This document shows positions 57,032 to 64,000 of a stretch of DNA of 64,000 bases, in pieces. The notes below the pieces were generated by a model that saw nothing but the letters and a program-made list of their open reading frames with translations, was not told the origin of the DNA and did not search any database. Position 1 is the first letter of the stretch. Every line of letters starts with the position of its first letter. Source of the DNA: Myxococcota bacterium (GTDB lineage Bacteria > Myxococcota_A > UBA9160 > UBA4427); NCBI GenBank assembly GCA_965250285.1, contig OZ252299.1, positions 5,536,001 to 5,600,000 of the forward strand, written 5' to 3'. The translations under genes and the position numbers were made by a program.

Positions 57032-57195
57032 CGCATCAACCGCAGAGGCCGCAGCGGATCGAGACACCTGCGGATATCGAACGATTTCAAATGTTTACGC
57101 GAGGTTCTGCCGATCGCGTCCGGGCCCGCCGGGGCTGGCTGCGCGAGATGACGCGTCGCGTGGGGTGAATGGACCGCGCGGCGGCGGCCGGCCGG

Positions 57196-58212
57196 CTACC
57201 AGCGTAGGACGGCGCTGCCCCAGGTGAAGCCCGAGCCGAAGCCGGTCATGCAGACGAGCTGGCCGCGCTCGACCAGCCCCTGCTCCTGCACCTCGGCCAG
57301 CAGCATCGGGATCGAGGCCGCCGAGCAGTTGCCGTAGCGCTGGATGTTGTTGAAGACCCGGCGCTCGGGAATCTCGAGCCGCCCGGCCACGGCCTCGTTG
57401 ATGCGGAGGTTGGCCTGGTGGAACAGGAAGAGGTTCACGTCGTCGAGCTTGACCGCCGACTCTTCGAGGGCCTCGGCGAGCACCTCGGGCATGCGCGTCA
57501 CGGCGTTCTTGAAGACGTAGCGACCCTCCATGCGTGGGAAGTGCCGCTTCTCGTCGATCATCTCGTGGGTGATGCGCACCGGCCACTCGGCCGAGCTCGG
57601 GCCCTCGATCCACAGGCGCCGGGCGTGCTTGCCCTCGGCGTGGAGCTTGGTCGAGAGGATCTCGCTCGGGTCGTCTTCGTTCTCGTTCGCCTCGACGATG
57701 ACGGCGCCAGCGCCGTCGCCGAAGATCACCGCGACGTCGCGGCCCTCGGTCGAGATGTCGATGCCCGTCGAGTGCACCTCGCAGCCGACGACGAGCACGC
57801 GGTCGTAGCGCCCCGAGACGACCAGCGCATCGGCGAACTGCAGCGCGTAGACGAAGCCGGTGCACTGCGCGCGCAGATCGATGCAGGGGATGGTGCCGGC
57901 CTGGATCTGCTCGTGCAGAAAGAACGAGGTGCCGGGAAAGTCGTGCTGGCTCGAGAGCGTGGCGAGCAGGATGCAGTCGACGTCGCCGATCTCGAGACCG
58001 GCACGCTCGAGGGCCTGATTGCAGGCGGCGGTGGCGAGATCGGCAGGGGTCTGGCCGGGCTCGATCCAACGGCGCTCCTTGATGCCCGTGCGCTGCTGGA
58101 TCCACTCGTCACTCGTATCCATGCGCGCGGCGAGCTCGTCGTTCGTCACGACCTGGTCGGGGACATACATGCCCGCACTGGCAATGCGCGCGCGCTTCAG
58201 GAAACCCTTCAT
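57196..58212 (-). CDS. fabH: 3-oxoacyl-ACP synthase III
   Basis: DTSDEWI..RTGI, AQCTGF (catalytic Cys), FGDGAGA, HQANLRI and YGNCSAAS motifs. Confidence 0.93.
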   Translation of the reverse strand: MKGFLKRARIASAGMYVPDQVVTNDELAARMDTSDEWIQQRTGIKERRWIEPGQTPADLATAACNQALERAGLEIGDVDCILLATLSSQHDFPGTSFFLHEQIQAGTIPCIDLRAQCTGFVYALQFADALVVSGRYDRVLVVGCEVHSTGIDISTEGRDVAVIFGDGAGAVIVEANENEDDPSEILSTKLHAEGKHARRLWIEGPSSAEWPVRITHEMIDEKRHFPRMEGRYVFKNAVTRMPEVLAEALEESAVKLDDVNLFLFHQANLRINEAVAGRLEIPERRVFNNIQRYGNCSAASIPMLLAEVQEQGLVERGQLVCMTGFGSGFTWGSAVLRW

Positions 58213-58270
58213 GAACTCTCCCCCTCCGAGGCCGCGGCTCGGCCCGGTGGCGTCCATTCCCGGTGGACGC

Positions 58271-59977
58271 TCAGACTCCGCCTGCGGCCAGGCTCTCTTC
58301 GATCATCCGCCGGTCGAACGAGCCGGCGTCATCCTGCCACAGGGCTTCGCTCACCGTCTCGAGCAGCTTCGCGAGACCGATGCGCTCGAGCGCCGAGACG
58401 GCGACGCAGCCATGCCTGCGCTCGAGCACTTCGGCTGCGCCTTCGGGCAGCCGGTCGATCTGATTGAAGACGAGCACCTCGGGCTTCTCGCCCAGGCCCA
58501 GCTCATCGAGCACGGTGCGCACCGCCTGGATGCGGCGCTCGAAGTCGGGCGAGCCCGCGTCGACGACGTGCATCAGCACCGACGCTTCGTGCAGCTCTTC
58601 GAGCGTCGCGTGGAAGGCCGCCTTCAGATCGTCGGGCAGATCGCGGATGAACCCCACGGTGTCCGTCACGATCACCTCGCGGTCGCGCGGGAACCGCAGC
58701 CGTCGCGAGACCGGGTCGAGGGTCGCGAACATCTTGTCCTCGACGTGCACCTTGGTCTTCGTGAGCGACCGGAGCAGGGTGCTCTTGCCTGCGTTCGTGT
58801 AGCCGACGATCGACAGGATCGGCACGCCCCGGCGCTCGCGCCGTCGCCTGCGTCCCGCGCGCTGCTTGCCGACCTTGTCGATCTCGCGCTCGAGCCGCGT
58901 GATGCGGTCGCGCACGCGCCGTCGGTCGCTCTCGAGCTTCGTCTCGCCCGGGCCACGACCGCCGATGCCACCGGCGAGCCGCGAGAGCGACAGATCGGCG
59001 CGCTGGGCCAGGCGCGGCATGCGGTACTTCAGCTGCGCCAGCTCGACCTGCAGCTTGCCGTCCCGGCTCGTCGCGTGCTGGGCAAAGATGTCGAGGATCA
59101 GCTGGGTGCGGTCGATGACGCGCAGCTCGATGCGCTCGGCCAGGTTGCGCGCCTGGGTGGGCGATAGATCCTGATCGAAGATCACGAGATCGATGTCCTG
59201 CTGGAAGCAGCGGATCACGATGTCTTCGAGCTTGCCGCTGCCGATGACGGTCTTCGGGTCGACCTTGGGGCGGCTCTGCACGATGACGTCGACCACGTCG
59301 ACGCCGGCCGAGCGCGCGAGCTCGCGGAGCTCGTCGGTGTGGACGTCGAGGGTCGTGCGGTCGCGGCCGGCCGACACGCTCACGAGCAGTGCCTTCTCGG
59401 CGCCGCCGACCTCCTGGGCCTGGGTGGTCGCGGCGAGCTCGGCTTCGAGGTCGCGAATGAACTGCTGAAAGTCGAGATCGAGCTCGGCGGGATGCCGCGG
59501 TTCGAACGACTCGGTCATCTCGCCCGCATCGTTGGTCGGCCGCAGCGCGGCCGAGTGGGTGAGGCCGGGCAGCCCCGAATCGAGCACCTCGATGACCGCC
59601 ATCATGTCGAGGCGCAGCAGGGCGAGGTCGGTCAGGTCGTCGCGTGACAGACCGTCGCCGCCCAGCGTGGTGTGAATGCATCGCAGGCCGCGCAGGCGGC
59701 CGCGACCGGCGCGCAGACGACCCCAATCGGGCATCTCGATGGCCGTCGGCGAGCCGACCATCACGTGGGCGATCTGGCCCCGACGATCGACGAGCACGCC
59801 GACCTGGCGTCGGATGTCGGCGCTGATCTCGGTCAGATTGCGCGCGAACTCGTTCGTCAGCACCTCGCCAGCGGGGATCCGCCGGTCGAAGAGCCGCTCG
59901 AGCTGCCGTACCTGGCTGGCCTTGAGGCCCTGCGTGTTGCCGTCGACCTGGATGAGAGATGCTCCCGCCGCTGCCAT
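58271..59977 (-). CDS. hflX: GTPase HflX, long form with an N-terminal extension
   Basis: GKLQVELAQL, GRGPGE, GYTNAGKS, FATLD and DTVGFI motifs. N-terminal GNTQGLK...LRCIHT domain. Confidence 0.93.
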   Translation of the reverse strand: MAAAGASLIQVDGNTQGLKASQVRQLERLFDRRIPAGEVLTNEFARNLTEISADIRRQVGVLVDRRGQIAHVMVGSPTAIEMPDWGRLRAGRGRLRGLRCIHTTLGGDGLSRDDLTDLALLRLDMMAVIEVLDSGLPGLTHSAALRPTNDAGEMTESFEPRHPAELDLDFQQFIRDLEAELAATTQAQEVGGAEKALLVSVSAGRDRTTLDVHTDELRELARSAGVDVVDVIVQSRPKVDPKTVIGSGKLEDIVIRCFQQDIDLVIFDQDLSPTQARNLAERIELRVIDRTQLILDIFAQHATSRDGKLQVELAQLKYRMPRLAQRADLSLSRLAGGIGGRGPGETKLESDRRRVRDRITRLEREIDKVGKQRAGRRRRRERRGVPILSIVGYTNAGKSTLLRSLTKTKVHVEDKMFATLDPVSRRLRFPRDREVIVTDTVGFIRDLPDDLKAAFHATLEELHEASVLMHVVDAGSPDFERRIQAVRTVLDELGLGEKPEVLVFNQIDRLPEGAAEVLERRHGCVAVSALERIGLAKLLETVSEALWQDDAGSFDRRMIEESLAAGGV

Positions 59978-60475
59978 GGGGCGCGGCCGCGGCGGATGGT
60001 ACGGCAGGCCGGAGGGCGAAGACAAAGGAATCGATCGGTCCCGAGGGGGCGCCCGGGCGGCCGTGTCCGGATTCAGAGCCGGCGAGGCCCTTGAAGACGG
60101 CCGATCGGGGCGCGGTGGCTCGGGGGCCTCGCTCGGGCGGAGCCGGCGCGCCGGTTTCACCGCCCGTCGGCCTCGCGTGCCCGGTCTTCGCGCCGACGGG
60201 TTCTCGTCTGCGCCGGATCGGCGCCCGTCGCCGCAAGCGGGCCGGCGCGGAGCCTTCGACCGCAGCGGCGGCCCGGCACCCGCGCGGCCCGGCCGCGGCC
60301 GGCGCCGGATTCGACCGGTCGAGGATGCTTTACGGGCCAGCGCCGGCGGTGCGCGCCGCGGGCCGGTTCGCCGCGACCGGACGCATGGGGCGCCCGACAC
60401 CGTTCGGTGCCGGTGCGGCTCAATTCGGGGTTTGAAGTCGCCGAAGAATCGCCTGGATTGCAGCGGGGAGACGCC

Positions 60476-61057
60476 ATGTTCGACCAGGTGCCGTCGGTCA
60501 AGGGTTCGATCTTCAATTCGGTCGCAGACGATCTTCGACGGGCCCTCGCCGAGGGGCGACTCGAGCGCGCCGACTACGAGGCCGGGCTCGACGACAAGGA
60601 TCTCGACCTGCTCGAATCCGAAGCCGTGACGGCCGTGTCGTGGATGCCGATCTCGACCTATGGCCGCATGCTCGAGCTGCTCGCGCTCGTCGAAGGCGGC
60701 TCGGGCCGCGAGGCGTATCTGCGCGACCGCGGCGCGCGCGCGGCCGAGCGTCTGCTCGCCGGGACCTACCAGCGCTTCGAGGCCAAGCCCGGCGAATGGG
60801 GCCCGAGGTCGGGCGAGCTGATGGTGGGGATCGCCGGCACCCTCTACAACTTCACGCGGTGGCAGTTCGAAGAGGTCGAGCCGGGCGAGTGGGAGATCGA
60901 GGCGAGCGAAGCGGGCGACTTCCCCGACGCCGCCGCCCACACCGCCCATGGCTTTCTCGAGTGGTATGCGAACCGCGCGTCGACCTCGTCGATCGAGACG
61001 CGGCTCTCGCGGCCGAGCCCCGATCGCGTCGTGTTCCGGATGCGCGAGCAGGCCTGA
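60476..61057 (+). CDS. Hypothetical protein
   Basis: GGGGAG RBS and PSVKGS...SWMPI...YNF pattern with coding-like codon bias. Confidence 0.7.
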   Translation: MFDQVPSVKGSIFNSVADDLRRALAEGRLERADYEAGLDDKDLDLLESEAVTAVSWMPISTYGRMLELLALVEGGSGREAYLRDRGARAAERLLAGTYQRFEAKPGEWGPRSGELMVGIAGTLYNFTRWQFEEVEPGEWEIEASEAGDFPDAAAHTAHGFLEWYANRASTSSIETRLSRPSPDRVVFRMREQA

Positions 61058-61349
61058 GTCGCGCCGCCTGGCTCCCCCAGGGAGCCCGTGCCCGAAACGA
61101 CGCGGAATCTCCGTGCCCGCGCGGTCCGGCCGAGCGCCTTCGTGTAGCGGCGACGCCGCCGACGGGTGAACGTTCGCGTCTGCCTGCACGCTTCGCGCAG
61201 GCTTGATCGGCGCCGGGTTCCGACCGAAGAATGCCTGTGGAAGCGTGCCACCGGCCGGTGGAGCCGGGCCACCCACCGAAGCCGAGGGGTTTCGGTCGGG
61301 CGCCCGCGAGGCGCCAGCAGCGCCGCCCGCCCCCCGAAACGGAGACGAG

Positions 61350-63017
61350 ATGAACGAGGGAACGCGTCCCATCGCAGCCGTGGTGCTCGCTGCCGGCAAG
61401 GGCACGCGGATGAAGTCGCGACGCGCCAAGGTGCTGCACGAGATCTGCGGCCTGCCGCTGCTCGGCCACATCGCCCGCGTGGCCGAGGGCCTCGACGCGA
61501 AGCGCCTCGTGGTGGTCGTGGGCCGCGATGCCGACGAGGTCAAGCAGGCCTACGCCGGCCAGGCCGAGTTCGTGCTGCAGGCCGAGCAGCGGGGCACGGG
61601 CCATGCCGTGCTCGTCGCCGAGTCGAAGCTGCGCGACTTCGACGGCGACGTGTTCGTCCTCTACGGCGATACCCCTCTGCTGCGCGTCGAGACGCTGCAG
61701 CGCATGCAGGCACTCAAGGCCGAGTCGGGGGCCGACCTCGTGATGCTCACCGCGATCGGGGACATCCCGGGCCGCGTGAAGCGGGATGATTCGGGCCGGG
61801 TCGAGCGCATCATCGAGGCCCAGGATGCGACGCCCGAAGAGCTGCTGATCGAGGAGCGCAACACCGGCGTCTACCTCGTCGACTCGAAGCTGCTCTGGGC
61901 GGGGCTCGATTCGCTCGAGCCCGACAACGCCCAGGGCGAGCTCTACATCACCGACGTCGTCAGCTATGCGGTGCGCGAAGGCCACGCCGTCGAGGCGCTG
62001 CTGCTCGAAGACGACGAGGAGTGCCTGGGCATCAACAACCGCGCCGAGCTCGCCGAGGCGGGCCGGATCATGCGCCGGCGCATCCTCGAAGCGCACATGG
62101 CGAACGGCGTGACGATCGTCGACCCCGAGAGCACCTACATCGACGCGCTGGTCGAGATCGGCTGCGACACCGTGATCGAGCCCGGCTGCACCATCACCGG
62201 CGCGAGCGTGCTCGGCGAGGGCGTCCACCTGAAGGCCAACAGCTACATCGAGGAGAGCCGCCTCGACGATGGCGTGATCTTCGGGCCGATGAGCCACCTG
62301 CGTCCGCACACCCACCTCTCGGAGGGGTGCAAGATCGGCAACTTCGTCGAGGTGAAGAAGTCGACCCTCGGCAAGGGCAGCAAGGCGGCGCACCTCACCT
62401 ACATCGGTGACGCCACGGTGGGCGAGGGGGTCAACTTCGGCTGCGGCTCGGTCGTGGTGAACTACGACGGCTACGAGAAGCACCACACGGTGGTGGGCGA
62501 CGGCGCCTTCGTCGGCTGCAACGTGAACCTGATCGCGCCGGTCGAAGTCGGCGACCGCACGTTCCTCGCCGCCGGCTCGACGATCGGGCTCGATACGCCC
62601 GTCGATTCGCTGGCAGTGGCCCGAGCTCGGCAGCGCAACATCGAGGGCTGGCGAGCGCGCAAGGAGGGGCGAGCGTTGCCTCGGCCGAAGCCTGAGCCGG
62701 GCGGTGAGGTCGAGTCGGCCCCGGCGACGCCGGCGGCCGCCGCGAAGAAGACGCGAAAGCCCGCGGCGAAGCGCGCAGCCGGGAACCGAAGCGCGAAGCA
62801 GGGGTCGAAGAAGAAGAAGTCGGCCGGAACGCGCTCGAAGAAAAAGGCGGCCCGCAAGCGATCGGCCAAAAAGAAGGCCTCGCGGAAGAAGTCGGCGAAG
62901 AAGGCCGTGAAGAAGAAGGCCGTCAAGAAAAAGGCCTCGAAAAAGACGAGCGTGAAGAAGAAGGCGGCGAAGAAGCGCGCCGCCAAGAAGAAGGCCGCGC
63001 GCAAGCGCCGGGCCTGA
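61350..63017 (+). CDS. glmU: Bifunctional GlmU with a Lys/Ala-rich C-terminal tail
   Basis: LAAGKGTRMKS, GTGHAV, YGDTP, GNFVEVK, HLTYIGDA and NYDG motifs with hexapeptide repeats. Confidence 0.96.
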   Translation: MNEGTRPIAAVVLAAGKGTRMKSRRAKVLHEICGLPLLGHIARVAEGLDAKRLVVVVGRDADEVKQAYAGQAEFVLQAEQRGTGHAVLVAESKLRDFDGDVFVLYGDTPLLRVETLQRMQALKAESGADLVMLTAIGDIPGRVKRDDSGRVERIIEAQDATPEELLIEERNTGVYLVDSKLLWAGLDSLEPDNAQGELYITDVVSYAVREGHAVEALLLEDDEECLGINNRAELAEAGRIMRRRILEAHMANGVTIVDPESTYIDALVEIGCDTVIEPGCTITGASVLGEGVHLKANSYIEESRLDDGVIFGPMSHLRPHTHLSEGCKIGNFVEVKKSTLGKGSKAAHLTYIGDATVGEGVNFGCGSVVVNYDGYEKHHTVVGDGAFVGCNVNLIAPVEVGDRTFLAAGSTIGLDTPVDSLAVARARQRNIEGWRARKEGRALPRPKPEPGGEVESAPATPAAAAKKTRKPAAKRAAGNRSAKQGSKKKKSAGTRSKKKAARKRSAKKKASRKKSAKKAVKKKAVKKKASKKTSVKKKAAKKRAAKKKAARKRRA

Positions 63018-63075
63018 TGTCAGAAGGCCGCACGCGCCGGCTCGGGTCGGCGGCGCGCGGTGCAGGGAGAGCGTC

Positions 63076-64000
63076 ATGTGTGGAATCGTCGGTTACATCG
63101 GTCGTGAGCATCGCGCGGTGGACGTGCTGGTCGACGGGCTGCGTCGCCTCGAATACCGCGGCTACGACTCGGCGGGCGTCGCCGTCATCGACGGCGATCA
63201 GATCTCGGTGCGGCGCGCCGAGGGCAAGCTGATCAATCTCGAAGGGGCGCTGCGCGACGCGCCGCTCGAGGGCATCGTCGGCATCGGCCACACCCGCTGG
63301 GCCACTCACGGCAAGCCCTCCGAACGCAACGCTCACCCGCATCGCGCGGGCTCGGTGGTCGTCGTGCACAACGGCATCATCGAGAACTACCGCGAGCTGC
63401 GCGCCGAGCTCGAGGCGGCGGGCGCCGAGATTCAGAGCGACACCGACACCGAGCTGATCGCGCACCTGATCGACGATCGCATCGCAGCGGGCAGCGACCT
63501 GCTCACCGCCGTGCGCGAGGCGACCGGGCGCCTGGTCGGCTCGTATGCGCTCGGTGCGCTGAGCGAGAAGGATCCGACTCACTTCGTCGCCGCGAAGAAC
63601 GGTGGCAGCCCGATCATCGTGGGCCAGGGCGACAAGCAGGCATTCCTCGCCAGCGACATCCCGGCGATCCTGCCCTACACGCGCGACATCATCTCGCTCT
63701 ACGACGGCGACTTCGCGGTGCTCTCGGAAGAGGGCGTGCAGATCGTCGACGTCGATGGCCGACCGATCGACCGCGAGTTTCAGCACGTGCAGTGGGATCC
63801 CGTCAGCGCTGAGCGCGGGGGCTACGACCACTTCATGCAGAAGGAGATCTTCGAGCAGCCGCGCGCGATTACCGACACGATCGGCACCCGCGTGAACGAG
63901 GCCGACCTCGACGTCGACCTCGACGGCATCGAGATCACGAAGGCCGACGCCGACAAGCTGCGGCTGGTCTCGCTCGTTGCCTGTGGCACGGCGAGCTACG
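63076..64000 (+). CDS. glmS: Glutamine-fructose-6-phosphate transaminase (partial, runs off the window)
   Basis: MCGIVGY, RLEYRGYDSAG, GIGHTRWATHG, HNGIIENY, SDTDTE and KEIFEQP motifs. Confidence 0.97.
   Translation, partial: MCGIVGYIGREHRAVDVLVDGLRRLEYRGYDSAGVAVIDGDQISVRRAEGKLINLEGALRDAPLEGIVGIGHTRWATHGKPSERNAHPHRAGSVVVVHNGIIENYRELRAELEAAGAEIQSDTDTELIAHLIDDRIAAGSDLLTAVREATGRLVGSYALGALSEKDPTHFVAAKNGGSPIIVGQGDKQAFLASDIPAILPYTRDIISLYDGDFAVLSEEGVQIVDVDGRPIDREFQHVQWDPVSAERGGYDHFMQKEIFEQPRAITDTIGTRVNEADLDVDLDGIEITKADADKLRLVSLVACGTASY

Noticed and set aside
57080..57100. IHF-like site TTTCAAATGTTTA (similar at about 43520)
   Set aside because: It is only a degenerate match with no associated sigma54 promoter found, so it is too weak to call.
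59978..61543. Giant 1090-aa HflX
   Set aside because: The upstream part overlaps genuine + strand genes and is low-complexity Arg/Pro/Ala. The recognisable HflX starts at about 59977.
63018..63075. glmS ribozyme
   Set aside because: Only 58 nt separate glmU and glmS, which is too short, and no conserved core is seen.
1..64000. Mobile elements, prophage, defence systems, tRNA/rRNA
   Set aside because: No transposase, integrase, phage, restriction or toxin-antitoxin motifs were recognised, no tRNA/rRNA signatures were seen, and composition is fairly uniform.

Overview
A very GC-rich (roughly 70% by eye), gene-dense bacterial chromosomal segment with about 55 protein-coding genes. I found no rRNA, tRNA, CRISPR array, transposase or integrase. 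Gene content suggests a Myxococcota/deltaproteobacterial-type organism (inference: long HflX, MutS2, DUF748, LysW-like protein, phasin plus patatin). From left to right it holds: small accessory genes (GNAT, DUF1801, ASCH, NTF2-like, two VOC); an arylsulfatase and a sulfotransferase; lipid/steroid catabolic enzymes; a MATE transporter, Fur and rmlC/rmlA; ComM/YifB; a degenerate M28 protein and a VWA protein; an acyl-CoA dehydrogenase pair; a patatin and folC; divergent GH20 and GH36-HAD fusion genes; mutS2 and murQ; a phasin, fabH, hflX, glmU and the start of glmS. The main unexplained structures are: (1) a candidate sigma54-dependent three-stem-loop sRNA at about 40183-40317 with an anti-Shine-Dalgarno loop and a palindromic activator site; (2) diverged tandem copies of the last codons plus stop codon at three different genes; (3) a leader ORF plus RBS-sequestering hairpin before the MATE gene; (4) a GH36-HAD fusion joined by a 42-bp VNTR; (5) histone-H1-like basic extensions on GlmU and upstream of the phasin. 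All product calls come from motif recognition by eye, and no database searches were run.
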